A DNA stretch of 64,000 nucleotides from Eledone cirrhosa (taxonomy: Eukaryota), in assembly GCA_964016885.1 (NCBI GenBank), contig OZ024744.1, positions 4,092,001 through 4,156,000 of the forward strand. Direction: 5' to 3'. The translations under genes and the position numbers were made by a program. Shown one piece after another: positions 36,929 to 48,656 of this stretch. The notes beneath the pieces are model-generated. The model saw only the letters and a program-made list of their open reading frames with translations, searched no databases and had not been told where the DNA came from. How positions within the stretch are numbered: the stretch's first letter is position 1; the number at the start of each line of letters is the position of its first letter.

Positions 36929-39860
36929 AAGATAGCTTGGTGAAGAACGAAGTTTTGAGGGAAGACGAGGTAGAGAAAGATAGCTTGGTGAAGAACGAAG
37001 TTTTGGGGGAAGACAAGGTAGAGAAAGATAGCTTGGTGAAGAACGAAGTTTTGAGGGAAGACGAGGTAGAGAAAGATAGCTTGGTGAAGAACGAAGTTTT
37101 GGGGGAAGACAAGGTAGAGAAAGATAGCTTGGTGAAGAACGAAGTTTTGGGGGAAGACAAGGTAGAGAAAGATAGCTTGGTGAAGAACGACGTTTTGAGG
37201 GAAGACAAGGTCGTGAAAGATAGCTTGGTGAAGAACGAAGTTTTGGGGAAGACAATGTAGAGAAAGATAGCTTGGTGAAGAACGAAGTTTTGGGTGAAGA
37301 CAAGGTAGAGAAAGATAGCTTGGTGAAGAACGAAGTTCTGAGGGAAGACAAGGTAGAGAAAGATAGCTTGGTGAAGAACGAAGTTTTGGGGGAAGACAAG
37401 GTAGAGAAAGATAGCTTGGTGAAGAACGACGTTTTGAGGGAAGACAAGGTAGAGAAAGATAGCTTGGTGAAGAACGAAGTTTTGAGGGAAGACAAGGTAG
37501 AGAAAGATAGCTTGGTGAAGAACGATGTTTTGAGGGAAGACAAGGTAGAAAAAGATAGCTTGGTGAAGAACGACGTTTTGAGGGAAGACAAGGTAGAGAA
37601 AGATAGCTTGGTGAAGAACGACGTTTTGTGGGAAGACAAGGTAGAGAAAGATAGCTTGGTGAAGAACGAAGTTTTGGGGGAAGACAAGGTAGAGAAAGAT
37701 AGCTTGGTGAAGAACGAAGTTTTTGGGGAAGACAAGGTAGAGAAAGAGAGCTTGGTGAAGAAGGACGTTTTGATGAAAGACAAGGTAGAGAAAGATAGCT
37801 TGGTGAAGAACGAAGTTTTGGGGAAGACAATGTAGAGAAAGATAGCTTGGTGAAGAATGAAGTTTTGGGGGAAGACAAGGTAGAGAAAGATAGCTTGGTG
37901 AAGAACGAAGTTCTGAGGGACGACAAGGTAGAGAAAGATAGCTTGGTGAAGAACGAAGTTTTGGGAGAAGACAAGGTAGAGAAAGATATCTTGGTGAAGA
38001 ACGAAGTTTTGACGGAAGACAAGGTAGAGAAAGATAGCTTGGTGAAGAATGACGTTTTGTGGGAAGACAAGGTAGAGAATAGATAGCTTGGTGAAGAACG
38101 AAGTTTTGTGTGAAGACAAGGTAGAGAAAGATAGCTTGGTGAAGAACGAAGTTTTGGGGGAAGACAAGGCAGAGAAAGATAGATTGGTGAAGAACGAAAT
38201 TTTGAGGGATGACAAGGTAGAGAAAGATGACTTGGTGTAGAAAGAAGTTTTGGGGGAAGACAAGGTAGAGAAAGATAGCTTGGTGAAGAACGAAGTTTTG
38301 GGGGAAGACAAGGTAGAGAAAGATAGCTTGGTGAAGAACGAAGTTTTGGGGGAAGACAAGGTAGAGAAAGATAGCTTGGTGAAGAACGAAGTTTTGAGGG
38401 AAGACAAGGTAGAGAAAGATAGCTTGGTGAATAACGAAGTTTTGGGAGAAGACAAGGTAGAGAAAGATAGCTTGGTGAAGAACGATGTTTTGAGGGAAGA
38501 CAAGGTAGAGAAAGATAGCTTGGTGAAAAACGACGTTTTGAGGGAAGACAAGGTAGAGAAAGATAGCTTGGTGAAGAACGAAGTTCTGAGGGAAGACAAG
38601 GTAGAGAAAGATAGCTTGGTGAAGAACGAAGTTTTGGGAGAAAACAAGGTAGAGAAAGATATATTGGTGAAGAACGAAGTTTCGACGGAAGACAAGGTAG
38701 AGAAAGATAGCTTGGTGAAGAATGACGTTTTGTGGGAAGACAAGGTAGAGAAAGATAGCTTGGTGAAGAACGAAGTTTTGTGTGAAGACAAGCTAGAGAA
38801 AGATAGCTTGGTGAAGAACGAAGTTTTGGGGGAAGACAAGGTAGAGAAAGATAGCTTGGTGAAGAACGAAGTTTTGGGGGAAGACAAGGTAGAGAAAGAT
38901 AGCTTGGTGAAGAACGAAGTTTTGAGGGAAGACAAGGTAGAGAAAGATAGCTTGGTGAAGAACGATGTTTTGAGGGAAGACAAGGTAGAGAAAGATAGCT
39001 TGGTGAAGAACGACGTTTTGAGGGAAGACAAGGTAGAGAAAGATAGCTTGGTGAAGAACGACGTTTTGTGGGAAGACAAGGTAGAGAAAGATAGCTTGGT
39101 GAAGAACGAAGTTTTGGGGGAAGACAAGGTAGAGAAAGATAGCTTGCGAAGAACGAAGTTTTGTGGGAAGACAAGGTAGAGAAAGATAGCTTGGCGAAGA
39201 ACGAAGTTTTGGGGGAAGACAAGGTAGAGAAAGATAGCTTGGTGAAGAACGACGTTTTGAGGGAAGACAAGTTAGAGAAAGATAGCTTGGTGAAGAACGA
39301 AGTTTTGTATGAAGACAAGCTAGAGAAAGATAGCTTGGTGAAGAACGAAGTTTTAGGGGAAGACAAGTAGAGAAAGATAGCTTGGTGAAGAACGAAGTTT
39401 TGGGGGAAGACAAGGTAGAGAAAGATAGCTTGGTGAAGAACGAAGTTTTGAGGGAAGACGAGGTAGAGAAAGATAGCTTGGTGAAGAACGAAGTTTTGGG
39501 GGAAGACAAGGTAGAGAAAGATAGCTTGGTGAAGAACGAAGTTTTGAGGGAAGACGAGGTAGAGAAAGATAGCTTGGTGAAGAACGAAGTTTTGGGGGAA
39601 GACAAGGTAGAGAAAGATAGCTTGGTGAAGAACGAAGTTTTGGGGGAAGACAAGGTAGAGAAAGATAGCTTGGTGAAGAACGACGTTTTGAGGGAAGACA
39701 AGGTCGTGAAAGATAGCTTGGTGAAGAACGAAGTTTTGGGGAAGACAATGTAGAGAAAGATAGCTTGGTGAAGAACGAAGTTTTGGGTGAAGACAAGGTA
39801 GAGAAAGATAGCTTGGTGAAGAACGAAGTTCTGAGGGAAGACAAGGTAGAGAAAGATAGC
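34830..39860. repeat. Tandem duplication with 2541-bp period, dropping to 2493 bp after loss of one monomer; overlaps the 3067-bp duplication
   Basis: ORF starts 35306/37847 and 35709/38250 (2541), then 36668/39161 and 36889/39382 (2493). The 325-aa and 309-aa ORFs differ by exactly one 16-aa unit. Confidence 0.88.
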
Positions 39861-41579
39861 TTGGTGAAGAACGAAGTTTTGGGAGGAGACAAGGTAGAGA
39901 AAGATATCTTGGTGAAGAACGAAGTTTTGACGGAAGACAAGGTAGAGAAAGATAGCTTGGTAAAGAATGACGTTTTGTGGGAAGACAAGGTAGAGAAAGA
40001 TAGCTTGGTGAAGAACGAAGTTTTGTGTGAAGACAAGCTAGAGAAAGATAGCTTGGTGAAGAACGAAGTTTGAGGGAAGACAAGGTAGAGAAAGATAGCT
40101 TGGTGAATAACGAAGTTTTGGGAGAAGACAAGGTAGAGAAAGATAGCTTGCTGAAGAACGAAGTTTTGGGGGAAGACAAGGTAGAGCAAGATAGCTTGGT
40201 GAAGAACGAAGTTTTGAGGGAAGACAAGGTAGCGAAAGATAGCTTGGTGAATAACGAAGTTTTGGGGGAAGACAAGGTAGAGAAAGATAGCTTGGTGAAT
40301 AACGAAGTTTTGGGAGAAGACAAGGTCGAGAAAGATAGCTTGGTGAAGAACGAAATTTTGAGGGAAGACAAGGTAGAGAAAGATAGCTTGGTGAAGAACG
40401 ACGTTTTGAGGGAAGACAAAATAGAGAAAGATAGCTTGGTGAAGAACGACGTTTTGTGGGATGACAAGGTAGAGAAAGATGACTTGGTGAAGAACGAAGT
40501 TTTGGCGGAAGACAAGGTAGATAAAGATAGCTTGGTGAAGAACGAAGTTTTGGGGGAAGACAAGGTAGAGAAAGATAGCTTGGTGAAGAACGAAGTTTTG
40601 GGGAAAGACGAGGTAGAGAAAGATAGCTTGGTGAACAACGAAGTTTTGGGGGAAGACAAGGTAGAGAAAGATAGCTTGGTGAATAACGAAGTTTTGGGAG
40701 AAGACAAGGTAGAGAAAGATAGCTTGGTGAAGAACGATGTTTTGAGGGAAGACAAGGTAGAGAAAGATAGCTTGGTGAAGAACGACGTTTTGAGGGAAGA
40801 CAAGGTAGAGAAAGATAGCTTGGTGAAGAACGACGTTTTGTGGGAAGACAAGGTAGAGAAAGATAGCTTGGTGAAGAACGAAGTTTTGGGGGAAGACAAG
40901 GTAGAGAAAGATAGCTTGCGAAGAACGAAGTTTTGGGGGAAGACAAGGTAGAGAAAGATAGCTTGGTGAAGAACGAAGTTTTGGGGGAAGACAAGGTAGA
41001 GAAAGATAGCTTGGTGAAGAACGACGTTTTGAGGGAAGACAAGGTAGAGAAAGATAGCTTGGTGAAGAACGAAGTTTTGAGGGAAGACAAGCTAGAGAAA
41101 GATAGCTTGGTGAAGAACGATGTTTTGAGGGAAGACAAGGTAGAAAAAGATAGCTTGGTGAAGAACGACGTTTTGAGGGAAGACAAGGTAGAGAAAGATA
41201 GCTTGGTGAAGAACGACGTTTTGTGGGAAGACAAGGTAGAGAAAGATATCTTGGTGAAGAACGAAGTTTTGAGGGAAGACAAGGTAGAGAAAGATAGCTT
41301 GGTGAAGAACGAAGTTTTGGGGAAGACAAGGTAGAGAAAGATAGCTTGGTGAAGAACGACGTTTTGAGGGAAGACAAGGTCGTGAAAGATAGCTTGGTGA
41401 AGAACGAAGTTTTGGGGAAGACAATGTAGAGAAAGATAGCATGGTGAAGAACGAAGTTTTGGGTGAAGACAAGGTAGAGAAAGATAGCTTGGTGAAGAAC
41501 GAAGTTTTGAGGGAAGACAAGGTAGAGAAAGATAGCTTGGTGAAGAACGAAGTTTTGGGGAAGACAAGGTAGAGAAAGA

Positions 41580-44500
41580 TAGCTTGGCGAAGAACGAAGT
41601 TTTGAGGGAAGACAAGGTAGAGAAAGATAGCTTGGTGAAGAACGACGTTTTGTGGGAAGACAAGGTAGAGAAAGATAGCTTGGTGAAGAACGAAGTTTTG
41701 TGGGAAGACAAGGTAGAGAAAGATAGCTTGGTGAAGAACGACGTTTTGGGGGAAGACAAGGTAGAGAAAGATAGCTTGGTGAAGAACGAAGTTTTGGGGG
41801 AAGACGAGGTAGAGAAAGATAGCTTGGTGAACAACGAAGTTTTGGGGGAAGACAAGGTAGAGAAAGATAGCTTGGTGAAGAACGAAGTTTTGGGGAATAC
41901 AATGTAGAGAAAGATAGCTTGGTGAAGAACGAAGTTTTGTGGGAAGACAAGGTAGAGAAAGATAGCTTGGTGAAGAACGAAGGTTTGAGGGAAGACAAGG
42001 TAGAGAAAGATAGCTTGGTGAATAACGAAGTTTTGGGAGAAGACAAGGTAGAGAAAGATAGCTTGGTGAAGAACGACTTTTTGAGGGAAGACAAGGTAGA
42101 GAAAGATAGCTTGGTGAAGAACGACGTTTTGTGGGAAGACAAGGTAGAGAAAGATAGCTTGGTGAAGAACGAAGTTTTGGGGGAAGACAAGGTAGAGAAA
42201 GATAGCTTGCGAAGAACGAAGTTTTGGGGGAAGACAAGGTAGAGAAAGATAGCTTGGGGAAGAACGAAGTTTTGGGGGAAGACAAGGTAGAGAAAGATAG
42301 CTTGGTGAAGAACGACGTTTTGAGGGAAGACAAGGTAGAGAAAGATAGCTTGGTGAAGAACGAAGTTTTGAGGGAAGACAAGGTAGAGAAAGATAGCTTG
42401 GTGAAGAACGATGTTTTGAGGGAAGACAAGGTAGAAAAAGATAGCTTGGTGAAGAACGACGTTTTGAGGGAAGACAAGGTAGAGAAAGATAGCTTGGTGA
42501 AGAACGACGTTTTGTGGGAAGACAAGGTAGAGAAAGATATCTTGGTGAAGAACGAAGTTTTGAGGGAAGACAAGGTAGAGAAAGATAGCTTGGTGAAGAA
42601 CGAAGTTTTGGGGAAGACAAGGTAGAGAAAGATAGCTTGGCGAAGAACGAAGTTTTGAGGGAAGACAAGGTAGAGAAAGATAGCTTGGTGAAGAACGACG
42701 TTTTGTGGGAAGACAAGGTAGAGAAAGATAGCTTGGTGAAGAACGAAGTTTTGTGGGAAGACAAGGTAGAGAAAGATAGCTTGGTGAAGAACGAAGTTTT
42801 GGGGGAAGACAAGGTAGAGAAAGATAGCTTGGTGAAGAACGAAGTTTTGGGGGAAGACGAGGTAGAGAAAGATAGCTTGGTGAACAACGAAGTTTTGGGG
42901 GAAGACAAGGTAGAGAAAGATAGCTTGGTGAAGAACGAAGTTTTGGGGAAGACAATGTAGAGAAAGATAGCTTGGTGAAGAACGAAGTTTTGTGGGAAGA
43001 CAAGGTAGAGAAAGATAGCTTGGTGAAGAACGAAGGTTTGAGGGAAGACAAGGTAGAGAAAGATAGCTTGGTGAATAACGAAGTTTTGGGAGAAGACAAG
43101 GTAGAGAAAGATAGCTTGGTGAAGAACGACTTTTTGAGGGAAGACAAGGTAGAGAAAGATAGCTTGGTGAAGAACGACGTTTTGTGGGAAGACAAGGTAG
43201 AGAAAGATAGCTTGGTGAAGAACGAAGTTTTGGGGGAAGACAAGGTAGAGAAAGATAGCTTGCGAAGAACGAAGTTTTGGGGGAAGACAAGGTAGAGAAA
43301 GATAGCTTGGGGAAGAACGAAGTTTTGGGGGAAGACAAGGTAGAGAAAGATAGCTTGGTGAAGAACGACGTTTTGAGGGAAGACAAGGTAGAGAAAGATA
43401 GCTTGGTGAAGAACGAAGTTTTGAGGGAAGACAAGGTAGAGAAAGATAGCTTGGTGAAGAACGATGTTTTGAGGGAAGACAAGGTAGAAAAAGATAGCTT
43501 GGTGAAGAACGACGTTTTGAGGGAAGACAAGGTAGAGAAAGATAGCTTGGTGAAGAACGACGTTTTGTGGGAAGACAAGGTAGAGAAAGATATCTTGGTG
43601 AAGAACGAAGTTTTGAGGGAAGACAAGGTAGAGAAAGATAGCTTGGTGAAGAACGAAGTTTTGGGGAAGACAAGGTAGAGAAAGATAGCTTGGCGAAGAA
43701 CGAAGTTTTGAGGGAAGACAAGGTAGAGAAAGATAGCTTGGTGAAGAACGACGTTTTGTGGGAAGACAAGGTAGAGAAAGATAGCTTGGTGAAGAACGAA
43801 GTTTTGTGGGAAGACAAGGTAGAGAAAGATAGCTTGGTGAAGAACGAAGTTTTGGGGGAAGACAAGGTAGAGAAAGATAGCTTGGTGAAGAACGAAGTTT
43901 TGGGGGAAGACGAGGTAGAGAAAGATAGCTTGGTGAACAACGAAGTTTTGGGGGAAGACAAGGTAGAGAAAGATAGCTTGGTGAAGAACGAAGTTTTGGG
44001 GAAGACAATGTAGAGAAAGATAGCTTGGTGAAGAACGAAGTTTTGTGGGAAGACAAGGTAGAGAAAGATAGCTTGGTGAAGAACGAAGGTTTGAGGGAAG
44101 ACAAGGTAGAGAAAGATAGCTTGGTGAATAACGAAGTTTTGGGAGAAGACAAGGTAGAGAAAGATAGCTTGGTGAAGAACGACTTTTTGAGGGAAGACAA
44201 GGTAGAGAAAGATAGCTTGGTGAAGAACGACGTTTTGTGGGAAGACAAGGTAGAGAAAGATAGCTTGGTGAAGAACGAAGTTTTGGGGGAAGACAAGGTA
44301 GAGAAAGATAGCTTGCGAAGAACGAAGTTTTGGGGGAAGACAAGGTAGAGAAAGATAGCTTGGGGAAGAACGAAGTTTTGGGGGAAGACAAGGTAGAGAA
44401 AGATAGCTTGGTGAAGAACGACGTTTTGAGGGAAGACAAGGTAGAGAAAGATAGCTTGGTGAAGAACGAAGTTTTGAGGGAAGACAAGGTAGAGAAAGAT

Positions 44501-45270
44501 AGCTTGGTGAAGAACGATGTTTTGAGGGAAGACAAGGTAGAAAAAGATAGCTTGGTGAAGAACGACGTTTTGAGGGAAGACAAGGTAGAGAAAGATAGCT
44601 TGGTGAAGAACGACGTTTTGTGGGAAGACAAGGTAGAGAAAGATATCTTGGTGAAGAACGAAGTTTTGAGGGAAGACAAGGTAGAGAAAGATAGCTTGGT
44701 GAAGAACGAAGTTTTGGGGAAGACAAGGTAGAGAAAGATAGCTTGGCGAAGAACGAAGTTTTGAGGGAAGACAAGGTAGAGAAAGATAGCTTGGTGAAGA
44801 ACGACGTTTTGTGGGAAGACAAGGTAGAGAAAGATAGCTTGGTGAAGAACGAAGTTTTGTGGGAAGACAAGGTAGAGAAAGATAGCTTGGTGAAGAACGA
44901 AGTTTTGGGGGAAGACAAGGTAGAGAAAGATAGCTTGGTGAAGAACGAAGTTTTGGGGGAAGACGAGGTAGAGAAAGATAGCTTGGTGAACAACGAAGTT
45001 TTGGGGGAAGACAAGGTAGAGAAAGATAGCTTGGTGAAGAACGAAGTTTTGGGGAAGACAATGTAGAGAAAGATAGCTTGGTGAAGAACGAAGTTTTGTG
45101 GGAAGACAAGGTAGAGAAAGATAGCTTGGTGAAGAACGAAGGTTTGAGGGAAGACACGGTAGAGAAAGATAGCTTGGTGAATAACGAAGTTTTGGGAGAA
45201 GACAAGGTAGAGAAAGATAGCTTGGTGAAGAACGACTTTTTGAGGGAAGACAAGGTAGAGAAAGATAGCT
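41580..45270. repeat. 22-monomer higher-order repeat of 1053 bp, about 3.5 tandem copies
   Basis: ORF starts 41584/42637/43690/44743, 41919/42972/44025/45078 and 42224/43277/44330, all spaced 1053 = 22x48-3. Confidence 0.95.
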
Positions 45271-46173
45271 TGGTGAAGAACGAAGTTTTGGGGAAGACAA
45301 TGTAGAGAAAGATATCTTGGTGAAGAACGAAGTTTTGACGGAAGACAAGGTAGAGAAAGATAGCTTGGTGAAGAACGAAGTTTTGGGGGAAGACAAGTTA
45401 GAGAAAGATAGCTTGGTGAAGAACGAAGTTTTGGGGAAAGACGAGGTAGAGAAAGATAGCTTGGTGAACAACGAAGTTTTGGGGGAAGACAAGGTAGAGA
45501 AAGATAGCTTGGTGAATAACGAGGTTTTGGGAGAAGACAAGGTAGAGAAAGATAGCTTGGTGAAGAACGATGTTTTGAGGGAAGAAAAGGTAGAGAAAGA
45601 TAGCTTGGTGAAGAACGACGTTTTGAGGGAAGACAAGGTAGAGAAAGATAGCTTGGTGAAGAACGACGTTTTGTGGGAAGACAAGGTAGAGAAAGATAGC
45701 TTGGTGAAGAACGAAGTTTTGGGGGAAGACAAGGTAGAGAAAGATAGCTTGCGAAGAACGAAGTTTTGGGGGAAGACAAGGTAGAGAAAGATAGCTTGGT
45801 GAAGAACGAAGTTTTGGGGGAAGACAAGGTAGAGAAAGATAGCTTGGTGAAGAACGACGTTTTGAGGGAAGACAAGGTAGAGAAAGATAGCTTGGTGAAG
45901 AACGAAGTTTTGAGGGAAGACAAGGTAGAGAAAGATAGCTTGGTGAAGAACGATGTTTTGAGGGAAGACAAGGTAGAAAAAGATAGCTTGGTGAAGAACG
46001 ACGTTTTGAGGGAAGACAAGGTAGAGAAAGATAGCTTGGTGAAGAACGACGTTTTGTGGGACGACAAGGTAGAGAAAGATAGATTGGTGAAGAACGAAGT
46101 TTTGGGGGAAGACAAGGTAGAGAAAGATAGCTTGGTGAAGAACGAAGTTTTGGGAGAAGACAAGGTAGAGAAA

Positions 46174-48656
46174 GATATCTTGGTGAAGAACGAAGTTTTG
46201 GGAGAAGACAAGGTAGAGAAAGATATCTTGGTGAAGAACGAAGTTTTGACGGAAGACAAGGTAGAGAAAGATAGCTTGGTGAAGAATGACGTTTTGTGGG
46301 AAGACAAGGTAGAGAATAGATAGCTTGGTGAAGAACGAAGTTTTGTGTGAAGACAAGGTAGAGAAAGATAGCTTGGTGAAGAACGAAGTTTTGGGGGAAG
46401 ACAAGGCAGAGAAAGATAGATTGGTGAAGAACGAAGTTTTGGGGAAGACAATGTAGAGAAAGATATCTTGGTGAAGAACGAAGTTTTGACGGAAGACAAG
46501 GTAGAGAAAGATAGCTTGGTGAAGAACGAAGTTTTGGGGGAAGACAAGTTAGAGAAAGATAGCTTGGTGAAGAACGAAGTTTTGGGGAAAGACGAGGTAG
46601 AGAAAGATAGCTTGGTGAACAACGAAGTTTTGGGGGAAGACAAGGTAGAGAAAGATAGCTTGGTGAATAACGAGGTTTTGGGAGAAGACAAGGTAGAGAA
46701 AGATAGCTTGGTGAAGAACGATGTTTTGAGGGAAGACAAGGTAGAGAAAGATAGCTTGGTGAAGAACGACGTTTTGAGGGAAGACAAGGTAGAGAAAGAT
46801 AGCTTGGTGAAGAACGACGTTTTGTGGGAAGACAAGGTAGAGAAAGATAGCTTGGTGAAGAACGAAGTTTTGGGGGAAGACAAGGTAGAGAAAGATAGCT
46901 TGCGAAGAACGAAGTTTTGGGGGAAGACAAGGTAGAGAAAGATAGCTTGGTGAAGAACGAAGTTTTGGGGGAAGACAAGGTAGAGAAAGATAGCTTGGTG
47001 AAGAACGACGTTTTGAGGGAAGACAAGGTAGAGAAAGATAGCTTGGTGAAGAACGAAGTTTTGAGGGAAGACAAGGTAGAGAAAGATAGCTTGGTGAAGA
47101 ACGATGTTTTGAGGGAAGACAAGGTAGAAAAAGATAGCTTGGTGAAGAACGACGTTTTGAGGGAAGACAAGGTAGAGAAAGATAGCTTGGTGAAGAACGA
47201 CGTTTTGTGGGAAGACAAGGTAGAGAAAGATAGCTTGGTGAAGAACGAAGTTTTGGGGGAAGACAAGGTAGAGAAAGATAGCTTGGTGAAGAACGAAGTT
47301 TTTGGGGAAGACAAGGTAGAGAAAGAGAGCTTGGTGAAGAACGACGTTTTGATGAAAGACAAGGTAGAGAAAGATAGCTTGGTGAAGAACGAAGTTTTGG
47401 GGAAGACAATGTAGAGAAAGATATCTTGGTGAAGAACGAAGTTTTGGGAGAAGACAAGGTAGAGAAAGATATCTTGGTGAAGAACGAAGTTTTGACGGAA
47501 GACAAGGTAGAGAAAGATAGCTTGGTGAAGAATGACGTTTTGTGGGAAGACAAGGTAGAGAATAGATAGCTTGGTGAAGAACGAAGTTTTGTGTGAAGAC
47601 AAGGTAGAGAAAGATAGCTTGGTGAAGAACGAAGTTTTGGGGGAAGACAAGGCAGAGAAAGATAGATTGGTGAAGAACGAAGTTTTGGGGAAGACAATGT
47701 AGAGAAAGATATCTTGGTGAAGAACGAAGTTTTGACGGAAGACAAGGTAGAGAAAGATAGCTTGGTGAAGAACGAAGTTTTGGGGGAAGACAAGTTAGAG
47801 AAAGATAGCTTGGTGAAGAACGAAGTTTTGGGGAAAGACGAGGTAGAGAAAGATAGCTTGGTGAACAACGAAGTTTTGGGGGAAGACAAGGTAGAGAAAG
47901 ATAGCTTGGTGAATAACGAGGTTTTGGGAGAAGACAAGGTAGAGAAAGATAGCTTGGTGAAGAACGATGTTTTGAGGGAAGACAAGGTAGAGAAAGATAG
48001 CTTGGTGAAGAACGACGTTTTGAGGGAAGACAAGGTAGAGAAAGATAGCTTGGTGAAGAACGACGTTTTGTGGGAAGACAAGGTAGAGAAAGATAGCTTG
48101 GTGAAGAACGAAGTTTTGGGGGAAGACAAGGTAGAGAAAGATAGCTTGCGAAGAACGAAGTTTTGGGGGAAGACAAGGTAGAGAAAGATAGCTTGGTGAA
48201 GAACGAAGTTTTGGGGGAAGACAAGGTAGAGAAAGATAGCTTGGTGAAGAACGACGTTTTGAGGGAAGACAAGGTAGAGAAAGATAGCTTGGTGAAGAAC
48301 GAAGTTTTGAGGGAAGACAAGGTAGAGAAAGATAGCTTGGTGAAGAACGATGTTTTGAGGGAAGACAAGGTAGAAAAAGATAGCTTGGTGAAGAACGTCG
48401 TTTTGAGGGAAGACAAGGTAGAGAAAGATAGCTTGGTGAAGAACGACGTTTTGTGGGAAGACAAGGTAGAGAAAGATAGCTTGGTGAAGAACGAAGTTTT
48501 GGGGGAAGACAAGGTAGAGAAAGATAGCTTGGTGAAGAACGAAGTTTTTGGGGAAGACAAGGTAGAGAAAGAGAGCTTGGTGAAGAACGACGTTTTGATG
48601 AAAGACAAGGTAGAGAAAGATAGCTTGGTGAAGAACGAAGTTTTGGGGAAGACAAT
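46174..48656. repeat. Tandem duplication, 2 x 1246 bp (26 monomers, net -2 bp)
   Basis: ORF starts 46468/47714 and 46917/48163. The 49-bp insertion monomer is at about 46317 and 47563. Confidence 0.88.
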
